NCBI RefSeq assembly: GCF_009914755.1
Contig: NC_060925.1
DNA from: the human T2T-CHM13v2.0 reference genome, Homo sapiens
Direction: 5' to 3' (one strand)
DNA length: 64,000 nucleotides
In this document: piece by piece, positions 25,401 through 42,100 of the stretch
How positions within the stretch are numbered: position 1 is the first letter of the stretch
How the letters are laid out: each line of letters starts with the position of its first letter
Translations under genes and position numbers: made by a program
Notes under the pieces: model-generated
Seen by the model: only the letters and a program-made list of their open reading frames with translations
Database searches by the model: none
What the model was told of the DNA's origin: nothing

Positions 25401-28400
25401 TACAAACACATGGAAAATAAACAATATGCTCTAGAGTGACCAGTGGGTCAATGAAGAAATTAAGAATAAAATTTAAAAATTCCTTGAAACAAACAAAAAT
25501 GGAAACACAATATATCAAAACCTATGGAATGCAGCAAAAGCAATACTAAGAAGAAAGCTTATAGCAATAAGCACTCCACATCAAAAAAGCAGATAATCCT
25601 CAAATTAACAACCTAATGATGCATCTTAAAGAACTAGAAAACAAAGAGCAAACCAAAGCCAATATTAGTAGGAGAAAAGAAATAATAAAGATCAAAGCAG
25701 AAATAAATGAAATTGAAACAAAACAAACAATACAAAATATCAATTAAACAAAAAGGTGGCTTATTTTAAAAAAATAAAATTGATAAACATTTAGCCAAAG
25801 ACATAAAGATAGAAGACCCAAATAAATAAAATGAGAGATAAAAAGGAGGTATTACAACTGATACTGCAGTTCAGAGAATCATTAGAGACTACTATGAGCA
25901 ACTACATGCCAGTAAATTGGAAAACCTAGAAGAAATAGATTGAATCCTAGACACATACAACCTACCAAGACCGAATCATGAAGATTTCCAAAATCTAAAT
26001 AGACCAATAACAAGTAATGAGTTCAACACCATATTAAAAAGTATCCCAGTAAAGAAAAATCAGAGACCCAAAGCCTTCAACTGCTAAATTTCACCCAAAA
26101 TTTAAAGAACTAATATTAATCTAATCCTATTCAAACAATTCCAAAAAAATAAAGAAGCAAATACTTCCTTACTCATTCTGTGAGGCCAGTATTACCCTGA
26201 TACCAAAATCAGACAGAGACATCAAAATAAGAAAACTACAGGCCAATGTTCCACATGAATACTGATGCAAAAATCCTCAACAAAATACTCACAAACCAAA
26301 TTCAACAACACATTTAAAAGATAATTCATCATGACCAAGAGGGATTTATGCCAGGGATGCAAGAATGATTCAGCAAATGCAAATAAATCAATGTGATATA
26401 TCATTTCAAAAGAATGAAGGACAAAAACATGCAATCATTTCAACCGAAGGTAAAAAGCATTAGATAAAATTCAACCTCCTTTCATAATAAAAGCCCTAAA
26501 AATGTGGTATAGAAGTATATATCTCAACACAATAAAAACCATATATGACAGACACACAGCTAGCATCACACTGAATACAGAAAAACTGAAAACTTTTTCT
26601 CTAAGATCTGGAACAAACCGAAACATCCACTTTCACCACTATTATTCAACATAGTACTGGAAGTTCTAGTTAGAGCAATCAGACAAGAAAAAGATATAAA
26701 GAACATCCAAATTGAAAAGAAGTAAGTCATCTTTGTTTGCAGATGATATGGTCTTATATCTGAAAAATACCTAAAGACCTTAACAAAAATCTATTAGAAC
26801 CAATAAACAAATTCAGCAAAGTTGAGGGATACAAAATCAACATATAAAAATCAATAGTATTTACATATTACATCAGTGAACAATCTGAAAAAGAAATCAA
26901 GAAAGTAATCCCAGTTACAATAGCTACAAATAAAATAACATACCTAGAAATGAATTTAACTAAAGAATTTAAAGATATCTACAATGCACTCTATAAAACA
27001 TTGATGCAAGACATTGAGGAGACCAGAAAAAAATGAAAAGATACTCTATGCTCATGGATTGGAAGAATCAATATTGTTAAAATGTCTGCACTATTCAAAG
27101 TAATCTACAGATTCAGTGCAATCATTATTAAAATACCAATACAATCTTCACATTAATAGAAAAAAATCATTCCAAAATTCATGTGAAATCACAAAAGACC
27201 CAGAATAGCCAAAGTCATTCTGAGCAAAAAGAACAAAATGAGAGGAAGCACATTCTCTGATTTTGAATTATTCTATAGAGCTATAGTAACCAAAACAGCA
27301 TGGTACTGGCATAAAAACAGACACATAGACCAAAGAAACAGAATAGATAAATCAGAAACAAATCCATACAGCTATGTTGAATTTATTTTTGACAAAGGCG
27401 CCAAGAACATACAGTGGAGAAAGACAATCTCTTAAATAAATTGTGCTAGGAAAACTAGACGTCTATAGGCAGAAGAATGAAGCTAGAACCCTATTTTTCA
27501 TCATCTACAAAAATCAAATCAAAATGTATTAAAGAGTTAAATCTAAGACCTAAGACTATTAAACTATCAAAAGAAAACATTGGGAAAACTCCACAGGACA
27601 TTGGTCTGGGCAAAGGTTTCTTGAATAACACCTCAAAAACAGAGATAACCATAGCAAAAATGGGCAAATGGGATCACATCAAGTTAAAAAGCGTCTGCAC
27701 AGAAAAAAAATTTAACAAAGTGAAGAGACAACCCACAGAATGGGAGAAAAATTTTCAAACTATCCATCTGTCAAGGAATTTATAACCAGAATATATAAGG
27801 AGCTCAAACAATTGGAAAAAAATCTAATAATCCAATTTAAAAATGGGCAAAATGTCCAAATAGTCATTTCTCAAAAGAAGACATATAAATGGCAAATAGG
27901 TATGTGAAAAGATGCTCAACATCACTGATCATCAAATAAATGCAAATCAAATATCATCTTATCCCACTTAAAATGGCTTTTATCCAAAATAAAGGCAATA
28001 ATGAATGCTGGCAAGGATGTGGAGAAAAGGGAATCCTCAAACACCATTGGTGAGAATGTACATGGGTTTAGCCACTATAGAGAACAGTATGGTGGTTCTT
28101 CAAAAAACTAAATATAGAACTACTAAATGATCCAGCAGTTCCCCTTCTGAATATTTATCCAAAGAAAATGAAATCAGTGTGTTGAAGATATTTCTGTACT
28201 CCCATATGTATTGCTGCACTATTCACAATATTCAAATTTAGAAGCAACCTAAGTTTCCATCAACAGGCAAATGGACATAGAAAATGTGGTACACATACAC
28301 AATGAAGTATAATTCAGCCTTAAAAAATAAGATCCTGTCATTTGCCAAGATATGGATGGAACATTATGTTAAATGAAACAAGCCAATCACCAAAAGACAA

Positions 28401-28775
28401 ACTTCACATGTTCTCCCTTATTTTTGATAGTTGAAACTTAAAACAATTTAACTCATGGTAATAGAGAGTAAAATAATCGTTACCAGAGGTTGGGAAGGAA
28501 ATGAGTACAAAAATATAGTTAGAATGAATAAGATCTAGTATTTGATAGCACAGCATGATGACTATAGTCAATAATTTGTACATTTTTAAATATCATAAGA
28601 GTATAACTGGAATGTTTGTAACACAACAAAGTAATAAATGCTTGAGATGATGATACTCCATTTACCTTGATGTGATTATTACCCATTGTATTCCTTTATC
28701 AAAATGTCTGATATGCCCCATAAACATATATACCTACTATGCATTCCTAAAAAATAAAAATAGAAAATAGAAAAC
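22449..28775 (+). mobile_element. Near full-length decayed L1MA (L1MA2-4 class)
   Basis: 5'UTR, ORF1 remnant (~23310-24135), ORF2 remnant from ATGGCAGTAGTAAGTCC (~24648) with TTTGCAGATGATATG (FADD), L1MA-type 3'UTR (GAATGAATAAGATCTAGTATTTGATAGCAC), A-rich tail. Confidence 0.9.
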
Positions 28776-30022
28776 CATTGATAAGTTAAGATACCTCATA
28801 AAAAATTAACCATAATAGGAATTATAAAATACTTAGATAAGAATGAAAATATCAAAGCAAGAGATAAAGCAGAATTGATATTTTGAGGAAAAATTTATAG
28901 CTTTAAAGTGCTTATTTTTTGAAAAAGATAAATGCTGAAAATTAATGATGTAATTGTCATGTTAAAAAAAATAGAATGAATGTATCAATGCCAATCAATG
29001 AACAGAAAACAGATATAATAGGAAATATAAATAAATCAGAAGTTGGTTACATTGAAATAAAAAATATAAACCTCTGATAACTTAATCAAAAAGATAAAGA
29101 AATCTCAATGAAAAATTTTAAAAATGAAAATGTGGGTATATCACAAACATAACAGGGATTTTTAAAACATGAAAGCAAAATAAAATACATAAAAACAATA
29201 AATTTCAATTTAGATAAAGAAAATTTCTAAAAATAAAACCATACCAAACTTACTCAAGACACAAACTGAGAGCCTGTATTAATCTTGTGTATACTGAAGA
29301 GAATGAATTGGGGGTTGAAAATCTTCCTAAAAAGAAAATATCACACTAAGATTGTTTAGTTGATTTACAAGGAGCAGCCATTCTATTGTATTGCAATTCT
29401 AGAATATGGAAAAAGAGGGGCTATTTCTCAACTCTTTCTATAAGGTCAGTATTCCCCTAGTATCAAAACCACACAAACACAATAGAGAAGATAATTGTGG
29501 GTGAGTCTCACTCACAAAAAGATTTAAGTTTTTGTTAAAAATACTACAAAACTAAATTTAACAAGCTAAAAAAATACAAGCACATATAACCAAGTTGGGG
29601 TTTATCACAAACTTGCAAGGCAGTTTAAATCAGAAAATCAATAAATGCCATTAAGCAAATAAACAGAATAAATTTTGAAATGTTTTATTCTATATGAAGA
29701 ATAATAATTTATAAAATTTAACCTACCATCATGATGATACCTCTTACCAAACAGTAGCAAGAAAGGACTTCCTTAGTCTTATAATGTATGTCTACCAAAA
29801 ATGAGACATCTTTCAGTATGGAGAAGCATTAGAAGAGTTCCCTTTAGAATTAATACAAGTATATTTCATATTACAATTTTTACTCAACATTCTCCTTTAA
29901 GTTTAGTTAGCATGTAATTCAAGAAAATGCAAATAAATGGATAAGAATTAGAAAGGAAAAAATTCAAAATTATCATAATTTTCAAGTGATATCGGTTGCT
30001 TTCAAAATCTCAGATTATCCAA

Positions 30023-32138
30023 TGATATGGTTTGGCGATGTCCCCACCCAAATTTCTTCTTGAATTGCAGCTCCCATAATCCCCACATGTCATGGGAGAG
30101 ACCTGGTGGGAGGTAATTGAATAAAGGGGGCTGGTTTCCCCATGCTGTTGTTGTGATAGTGAAACAGTCTCATGAGATCTCATGGTTTTATAAAGGGCAG
30201 TTCCCCTGCACACACTCTCTTGCCTGCCATCATGTAAGATGTGGTTGCTTCTCCTTTGCCTTCTGCCATGATTGTGAGGTCTTCCAAGCCATGTGGAACT
30301 GTAAGTCCATTAAATTTCTTTTTCTTTATAAATTACCCAGTCTCAGATATATCTTCATAGCAGTATGAAAATGGACTAATACAGCAAATTGGTACTGGTA
30401 GAATGGGGTACTGCTATTAAGATACCAGAAAATGTGGAAGCAACCTTGGAACAGGCAGAGGTTGGAACAGTTTGGAAGGCTTAGAAGAAGACAGGGAGAT
30501 GTGGGAAAGTTTGAAGCTTCCTAGAGACTTGTTGAATGGTTTTGACCAAAATGCTGATAGTGATATGGCCGATGAATTCCAGGCTGAGGTAGTCTCAGAT
30601 GGACATAAGGAACTTACTGGGAACTGGGACAAATGTGATTCTTCTCATGCTTTAGCAAAGAAACTGGTGGCATTTTTCTCCCTGTCTTAGAGATCTGTAG
30701 AATTTTGAACTTGAGAGGGATGATTTAGGGTATCTGGTGGAAGAAATTTCTAAGCAGCAAAGCATGCAAGAGGTGACTTTGGTGCTCTTAAAAGCAACTA
30801 TTAATTGCCAAGGCACTGGGGAAAATGCCTCTAAGGCATGTCAGAGGTCTTCACAGCATCTCCTCCCATCACAGGTCTGTAGGCCTAGGAGGAAAATATG
30901 GTTTCATGGGCCAGGCCCAGGGCCTTGCTGGTTTGTATAGTCTCAAGACTTGGTGCCCTGTGTCCCACCCATGCCTTAAGGGGACCAATGTACAGCTCAG
31001 GCTGTTGCTTCAGAGGGTGCAGACCCCAAGCCTTGGTGGCTTACACGTCATGTTGGCCCTGTGGGTACACAGAAATCAAGAACTTAGGTTTGGGAACCTC
31101 CTCCAAGATTTCAGAGGATGTATAGAAATGGCCGGATGTCCAGGCAGAGGTGTGTTGCACAGGAGGAACCCTCAGGGAGAAGCTCTGCTAGGACAGTGCA
31201 GAAGGGAAATGTGGGATGGGAGTCCCCACACCGAGTCCCCACTGGTGCACTGCCTAGTGAAGCTGTGAGAAGAGGGTCACCATTCTCCAGACCTCACAAT
31301 GGTAGATTCACCAACAGCTTGCACCATGCATGCACCTGGAAAAGCTGCAGACACTCAATGCCAGCTCGTGAAACCATCCAGGAGTGGGGTTATAACCTGC
31401 AAAGCCACAAGGGTGGAGCTTCCCAAGGCTGTGGGACCCCACCTCTTACATCAGTGTGACCTGGATGTGAGACATGGAGTCAAAGGAGATCATTTTGGAG
31501 CTTTAAGATTTTACTGCCCAGATGGATTTTGGACTTGCATGGAGCCTGTTGCCCCTTTGGTTTGGCTAATTTCTTCCATTTGTAACAGGTCTATTTACCC
31601 AATACCTGTACCCTCATTGTATCCAGGAAGTAACTAACTTGTTTTGATTTTATAGGCTTTGGACTTGGACTTTGGAGTTAATGCTCAAATGAGTTAAGAC
31701 TCTGGGGGACTGTTGGAAGGGCATAATTGTATTTTGAATTGTGAGGACATGAGATTTGGGAGGGGCAAGGGGTGTAATGATATAGTTTGCCTGTGTCTCC
31801 AACCAAATCTCATCTTGAATTGTAGCTTTCATAATCCCCAGGTGTCATAGGAGAGACCCAGTGGGAGGTAATTGAATCATGGGGTTGGGTTATCCTCTGC
31901 CATTCTATGTTAGTAAATAAGTCTCATGAGATCTATTGGTTTTATAAAAAGAAGTTCCTCTGCATATACTCTCTTGCCTGCTGCCTTGTAAGACTTGCCT
32001 TTCTCCTCCTTTGCCTTCCTCCATGACTGTGAGGCCTCCTTAGCCATGTGGAACTCTGAGTCCATTAAACCTCTTTTTCTTTATAAATTACCCAGTCTCA
32101 GGTGTTTCTTCATAGCAGTATGAAAATGGACTAATACA
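30023..32138 (+). mobile_element. Full-length THE1 (THE1C-like) MaLR provirus: LTR 30023-30383, internal 30384-31777, LTR 31778-32138
   Basis: TGATAT...CTAATACA LTR ends; 5-bp TSD TCCAA at 30018-30022 and 32139-32143; internal region ~180 bp shorter than the THE1 at 4192. Confidence 0.95.
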
Positions 32139-33640
32139 TCCAAAGACAAATAATCAGAAATCATAAGGGTGTTTAGCAAGAGAGCTAGCTATAAGATCAA
32201 TAGGCAAAAATCAATATATGTCCTCAGTAGGAAATATAATTTTAAAAGGTGACATTTTCATAGCAGCAATGAAAACTATATAAAACCTGAGAATAAATCT
32301 AATGAAATGTAGACAGTACCTATATGCAGAAAATTATAAAAATCTGCTAAAGAAATGTAAGAAAAAAAAAAGAACTTGGAGACAGACATGAGTTTTGGGA
32401 TAAGAAGACTTAAAACTGTAAGGACATTAATGCTTGCCAAATCTAGAGTGGAGTCAAGTGGAACTTGACAAGCTAATAATAAAGTTTATGTGAAAGAGCA
32501 AAGGATCAAGAATAACCAAGACATTCTGAAACAAAAGAAGAAAATAAGTAAATTACCCTGCAGATATTTAGATATATTATTTTAAAACTACAAAGTAGGA
32601 CACTGAGCAAGTCAGAGAAAGAAAACTTCACCAATGAAATGAAATTAAATATAAGATAGACCCAATATTTATGAAACATTCATATATGACAAATACGTAT
32701 TGCAGGTCAGTAGAGAAAGGGACTCATCAGTAAATGGTAGTATGATTGTCATTATCCAGAAAGGAAAATATTTTTTAAAAATCTAGGTAGGTAAGAAATT
32801 CAATGTGAAAAACAGCATTAAGTTGAAAATATAGGAGAATATCTTTCTGACCTTTGGTTAAGGAAGGCTTTTTACATAAAATACAAAAATCACTAATCAA
32901 AAGAATATGATAAACTTAACTACATTAAAATTAAGAACATATGTTCAGCAAAAGATATGTCAGTGAAAGAAAGATTGTAAAAAACCAGCCATAAACCAAG
33001 GGAAAATATTTGTAACATACATTATTAACAAAGAGTTCAAATTAAGTATTTGTAAAGAATTCCCACAAATTAATAATAAAAACAAACAAATTAATAGATA
33101 AACTGACACAAATATATATTTCATGGATAAGGAATTGCTAGATATACAAGATGCTTCCTCTCATTTGCAATCAGAGAAATGAATATTAAGAATGAGAAAC
33201 TTTATATCTGAGAGATAGGCAAAAATTAAGAAGTCTGACTACATCTAGTGTTGGAGTGAGTAATTTATATACATTGCTTTTGAAAGCATAAATGTGTACA
33301 ACTGCATTGGTAAACTGTGTATCATTATTTTCCAAAGTTGAGCATTGTATATACCATAACTCAGAAATTCCACTCCTAGGTATATATCCTAGAAAAACTA
33401 TTCAAATGACTGCAAGATATGTAAAATGTGTATACCAGTACTCTTTATATTATCAGAAAACTGAAAGTCACCCAGAGTCTAACAGGAAATAGATGAAAAA
33501 TTGTGGTGCTGTCACATATTTGAATATTGTATGACAGTGAAAATGAAAAAAATTTCTACTGTGTGCAGTAACATATATAAACCGCAGAAGCCTATGTTCA
33601 ATAAAAATCATCAAGACTCAGAAGACTACATACAATATAA

Positions 33641-34086
33641 TGCTGAAAACAACCCAATAGTCCCATAGATAGTTGTTTGGGTAAACATAGAAATTGACTC
33701 TTATGGTCTTAAAGCTTGAACCTTACATCTGTTCGATCTGAGTTCCTTCCTCAGTAAATGACCTTCAAGCCTCTCAAAGTACCAAAGAACTGAAGCTCAC
33801 CAGAGCACCACATCCAGACAATGAGATGCCAGATCCTTCATTCATTATGATTGCTTGCTTGCCCCTCCCTAGTTCTTGTTTCTTGCATATTGTTGCATTT
33901 GTTCCCTACTATATAAACCCATAGTTTTAGTCAGTCAGGCAGATGGATTTGAGACTGAGCTCCCATCTCGTCAGCGGCAGCATCCAATTAAAGCGTTCTT
34001 CCTTGTCAATAATTGGCATCTCAGTGAATGGCTTTCTGTGTGGCAAGCGACAGGACCTAAACCGAACCTCTGCTTTTTCAGTAACA
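33641..34086 (+). mobile_element. LTR47-family (ERVL) solo LTR
   Basis: TGCTGAAAAC...GTCCCATAGA start, TATATAAACCC TATA box, ATTAAA signal, ends CAGTAACA. Confidence 0.8.
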
Positions 34087-34187
34087 ATATTATGTGTGTA
34101 GAAATGTAAAACAAGCTCAACTAAATATACAGCTACTTTAGGCATACATGCATTTGTGATAACAATACTATTTAAAGAGGATGAAGA

Positions 34188-34482
34188 GGCTGGGCATGGT
34201 GGCCCATGTTTATAATCCCAGCACTTTGGGAGGCCAAGGCAGGAGGATTGCTTGAGGCCAAGAGTGGAGCCCAGCCTGGGCAACAGTGTGAGATCCTGTT
34301 TCTACATTTTGTTTTTTAATTAGCTGGTTGTGGTGGTGTGTGCCTATAGTCCCAGCTACTCCAGAGGCTGAGGCTGGAGGATCACTTGAGTCCAGGAGTT
34401 GGGGGTTAAAGTGAGCTATGGTCATGTTTCTGCAGTTTGGCTTGGGTGACAGAGCAAGACCCTGTCTGTAAAAAAAAAAAAT
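34188..34482 (+). mobile_element. AluJ SINE
   Basis: GGCTGGGCATGGTGGC start; J-type GGATTGCTTGAGGCC and CACTTGAGTCCAGGAG; A tail. Confidence 0.9.
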
Positions 34483-34859
34483 AAGTCAAAAGGAAGAAGA
34501 AACAAAAAATTCACAGGGAATGTGGGGAAAGTGCAGAGACTGTGAAAGAGATCCACAATGTGTAGATACAATTTTAAAGCCCTCCTTGGTATTTTTCTAA
34601 ATTAAGAAGTATTATCCAGTAAAAAATGCTTTTTAATCAAGCAATATTCTTTTATAATATATTCTTCTCGTGCACTCCAATGTCCTCTTCTCTCTCCTCT
34701 TCTGGCTACAGTTGCACCAGGAAGCTGAGGCAGAGACAAGGTGAACATAACTGTAAATGGTAAAAAAAAGAATAAAAAAAGAAATAAATACTTCAAAGAG
34801 AGTTAGCAAATAAACCATCCCACATTTGGTTGACTTTTGGTGAATTATCCTAGAACTAG

Positions 34860-34990
34860 GGAAGATCAAAAGCAGAGATTACAGTCTGGAGGCTATTGCA
34901 ACGTTCCAGGTAAGAGATGATGGTGGCCTGGAGTAGAATAAAATGGTAAATGTGGAGGAAAATGAAAAGATTCAAGAGGCATTTTGTAAT
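34860..34990 (-). mobile_element. L2 fragment
   Basis: GGAGGCTATTGCAACGTTCCAGGTAAGAGATGATGGTGGCCTGGA. Confidence 0.6.
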
Positions 34991-35576
34991 TGTTGTCATG
35001 TCTGTCCTTAGAGTCACAGCAGTTGCAGTAATAATGCTAGAAACATTTTAAGCATAGTGATCATCCAATCCAACTGACAGTGTCTCCGGTTGCCAACAAA
35101 GAGGTGAACGGGCACTAGCATCACTCCATCCCAGGGTAATTACATCATTTGGTCATCAGCTACTGTATTCATCTCCTCAAAGGTGTTGTGATCTCAAAGC
35201 TTATTCTATATGTTTTCTTTATTTCATTTAACTGACTTTGCTGACCCTTGATCCAGTTCTTATTTCTCCACTGAATTCTGAAACTCTTGAATCTTCTCCT
35301 TTGCAGTCAGCCAACTCTCTTAATCCTCTACTATTGTTCAGAATGTTCCCTTTATTTTAACAGCTTTATTAAGGTGTAATTGTTATGCACAAAAAGCTGC
35401 ACATAATTAATATATAAAATTTGATAGGTTTTAACATGGGGTGTTTTTCCATTTATTTGGTTTTCTTTAATTTCTTTCAGCATTTTTTTGTAGTTTTCAA
35501 TGTACAGGTCTTTCACTTCTTCATTTAAGTTTATGCCTAAGTATTTTATTATTCTTGATGCTATCATAAATAGAAT

Positions 35577-36448
35577 TATAAACCAAAAGTAAAAATTTAA
35601 GCCCCCCAACTGACTGAATGGACCCTTTCTCTTGGCCAAGAAGATTCCAAAAAAAATCTGAAAAACTAGTTCAGGCCATGATGGGAAGGGGGTTCAGTTA
35701 TGCCTCATTATACTCTCCTTCCTTTGGAATTCAGGCACAAATGACCAGCATTAACATTAAAACAGAGATCTTTACACTGACAACCTGATTATTTGTAGCA
35801 ATATGATACCAAATTCAATCCGATCCTAGCAGAGCATCACATGACAAATAGCAGGCCCTAAAGGAAATTGAGTATTTAATCTCAAAATATACTTATTTGA
35901 CATATGTTGAAGTGGCCTGGCAAAGCTCTCTCGTGGGGGAAATTTACATTTTGTAGAGAATTGCAGGTCTCTTTCTGAGCCGGAGGAGATTAGTTGAGAA
36001 TCTACCACCCTTAAAAGGATGAATTAGAAAATATTTGCCATCTATTGCCTCTAAGGGTGGCTGCCTTTGAGACTTCATCTACATAGTAAGAACCTTCATC
36101 TCCACAACCACTCATCTTAACCCAGACACTCCTTTCTATTGATTCCAGGTCTTTAAATAATGACTCTTTCAACCAATTGCCAATCAGAAAATCTTTGAAT
36201 CCGCCTATGACCTGGAAGTCCCTGTTTTGAGTTCTTCCACCTTTCTGAACCAAAAAAAATGTATATCCTACAGGTATTGATTGATGTCTTATGTCTCCAT
36301 GAAACATATACAATTAACCTGTAACCCAACCACCTTGGGCACATGTTTTCAGGACCTCTTGAGACTATGTCTTGGGCCTTGTTCACTTATATTTGGCTCA
36401 GAATAAATCTCTTTAGATATTTTACACAGTTTGGCTTTTTCATCAATA
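35577..36448 (+). mobile_element. MER4D-type (ERV1) solo LTR
   Basis: T(A)TAAACCAAAAGTAAAAATTTAAGCCCCCCAACTGACTGAATGGACCC start; GAATAAATCTC poly(A) signal; ends CATCAATA; degenerate 4-bp TSD GAAT/TAAT. Confidence 0.85.
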
Positions 36449-36610
36449 TAATCATTTTCTTCATTTCCTTTTCAGAGAGTTTAATGTTGTTATATAGAAA
36501 TGCAAATAATTTTTGTATGTTGTTTTTATTTCCTGTAACTCTTATACATTTAACTTGAACACCATCCAAATTATTGGTGTATAACTGTTAATTGGAGTCT
36601 CTTGTGATCC

Positions 36611-39799
<3,189 letters not shown>

Positions 39800-39835
39800 T
39801 TAAAGTATATTTTGTTTTATATAAGTATAAGACAT

Positions 39836-40152
39836 AGGTCCTGAAAACATGTGCCCAACGTGATTGGGTTACAGCTTAATTTTATGTGTTTCATGGAGAC
39901 ATAAGACATCAATCAATACATGTAGGGTATACATTGGTTTGGTTCAGAAAGGTGGAACAACTCAAAACAGGGACTTCCAGGTCATAGGTGGATTCAGAGG
40001 TTTTCTGATTGGCAATTGGTTGATGGAGTCATTATTTAAAGACCTGAAAACAATAGAAAGGAGTGTCTGAGTTAAGATGAATGGTTGTGCAGATGAAGGT
40101 TCTTATTATGTAGATGAAGTCTCAAAGGCAGCCACCCTTAGAGGCAATAGAT
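39836..40152 (-). repeat. Inverted 317-bp duplicate of MER4D LTR segment 36040-36357
   Basis: Reverse-complement alignment ~93% identical (about 22 differences counted by eye); no LTR termini. Confidence 0.9.
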
Positions 40153-40499
40153 AATCTCTTTTGTTAATCATTTATATGGAATATCTTTTTTCAACCTTCC
40201 CCTTTTAAGCCTATGTGTGTCGTTAAATCTAAAGTGTGTCTATTATAGACTGCATATAGTTGGGTCTTTTTTTTTTTAATCCATTTGGCTTCAGTTACTA
40301 TATCTTTCAACTACACAGCTGAATCTATTTACATTTAAAGTAATTATTAATACAGAAGGATTCACTATTGCCATTTTGTTAAATTTTTAAGTGTCCTGTA
40401 GTTCTTTCATTTTTCTTTTCTTCTCTTGCTGTCTTCTTTTGTGTTCCATTGGTGATTTTTTAGTGATAGCCTTTGATTCCTTTCCCTATTTTCCTCCCT

Positions 40500-40716
40500 C
40501 CCTTCGTTCCTTCCTTTCCTTCCTTTCTTTCTTTCCTTTTTTTTTTTTTTTTCTTTTTTTTAGATAGAGTCACACTCTGTTGCCCAGGCTGGAGTGCAGT
40601 GACACCATCTCAGTCTCAGCTCATTGCAACCTCCGCCTCCCAGGTTCAAGTGATTCTCCTGCCCCAGCCTCCTGAGTAGCTAGGATTACAGGCTCATGTC
40701 ACCCTACCTGGTTAAT
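40500..40716 (-). mobile_element. 5'-truncated Alu (right monomer) with CCTT/T-rich tail
   Basis: CTCTGTTGCCCAGGCTGGAGTGCAGTG...GGATTACAGGC...CCTGGTTAATT. Confidence 0.85.
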
Positions 40717-40818
40717 TATTTTGTTTATTTTCTATAGATATTTTCTTTGTGGTTACCATGAAGCTTACATAAAACATCTTATAGGTATAACAGTCTAAGC
40801 TCATCAGAAACATAACTA

Positions 40819-42100
40819 TTAGGTTTGTGCAAATGTAATTGCAGTTTTTGCATTGTTGAAATTTGCCATTTGATATTGGAATACATTTTTAAGTAAATAT
40901 GGTTATGTTATCCGTTGTTTTAATGTGCATTTCTTGCTTTTCTTTTTTGTTAATGAGTTATTACTTGCTGTTTATTTTATATTTAATTTAGACCATGGAA
41001 ATGATGTTAGACAAAAAGCAAATTTGAGCAATTTTCTTATTCAAGTTCAAAATGGTCCGTAAAGCAGCAGAGACAACACGCAACATCAACAACACATTTG
41101 GCCCAGGAGCTGCTAAGAAATGTACAATGAAGTGGTGGTTCAAGAAGTTTTGCAAAGGACATGACAGCCTTGAAGATGAGAAGCATAGTGGCTGGCCATT
41201 GGAAGTTGCCAATGACCAACAGAAAGCAATCATCAAAGCTGATCCTCTTACAACTACACAAGAAGTTGCTGAAGAACTCAATATCGACCACTCTATGGTT
41301 GTTCAGCATTTGAAGCAAATTGGAAAGGTGAAAAAGCTCAAGAAGTGGGTGCCTCATGAGCTGAACGAAAATGATAAAAATTGTCATATTGAAGTGTCAT
41401 CTTCTCTTATTCTATGCAACAACAAGGCACCATTTCTTGGTTGGATTGTGATGTGCGATGAAAAGTGGATTTTATACAACCAGCAGTGATCAGCTCAGTG
41501 GTTGAATCAAGAAGAAGCTCCAAAGCACTTCTTAAAGCCAAACTTGCACCAAAAAAAGGTTATGGTCACTGGTTGCTGGTCTGCTGCTAGTCTGATGCAC
41601 TACAGGTTTCTGAACCCTGTCAAAACCATTACATCTGACAAATATGCTCAGCAAATCAATGAGATGCACCAAAAACTGCAATGCTTGCAGCCAGCGTTGG
41701 TCAACAGAAAGGGCCCAATTCTCCTCCATGACAATGCCTGACCACACATTGCATAGCCAACATTTCAAAAGTTGAAAGAATTGGGCTATGAAATTTTGCC
41801 CCATCCGCCATGTTCACCTGACTTCTTGTCAACCAACTACCACTTCTTCAAGCATCTCTAAAACATTTTGCAGGGAAAACATTTCCACAACGAGCATGAT
41901 GCAGAAAATGGTTTCCAAGAGTTCGTCAAATCCCAAAGCACAGAATTTTATGCTACGGGAATAAACAAACTTATTTGTCATTGGCAAAAATGTGTTGATT
42001 GTAATGGTTCCTATTTTGATTAATAAAGATGTGTTTGAGCCTAGTTATAATGACTTAAAATCCATGGTCCAAAACCACAATTACTTTTGCACCAACCTAA
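40819..42100 (+). mobile_element. Full-length Hsmar1 mariner transposon (1282 bp)
   Basis: 30-bp TIRs TTAGGTT(T/G)GTGCAAA(T/A)GTAATTG..GTTTT at both ends; TA TSD at 40817-40818 and 42101-42102. Confidence 0.95.
40995..42023 (+). pseudogene. Hsmar1 transposase pseudogene (frame preserved, several in-frame stops)
   Basis: MEMMLDKKQI*, WVPHEL, CDEKW, LLHDNA*, SPDFLSTNYH, ends YFD*; all pieces in one frame. Confidence 0.92.

Larger units (their letters stand above)
22245..34650 (+). mobile_element. Ancient L1ME-type element, fragmented host (pieces ~22245-22448, 28780-30022, 32139-33640, 34087-34187, 34485-34650)
   Basis: Degenerate ORF2/3'UTR colinear across four younger insertions (e.g. TTCTCTGACCACAAT, GGAAAAATTTATAGCTTTAAA, AATTCCACTCCTAGGTATATATCC). 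Confidence 0.7.

Noticed and set aside
41052-41741. SETMAR gene
   Set aside because: No SET-domain exons; both TIRs and multiple stops mark an ordinary dead Hsmar1 copy
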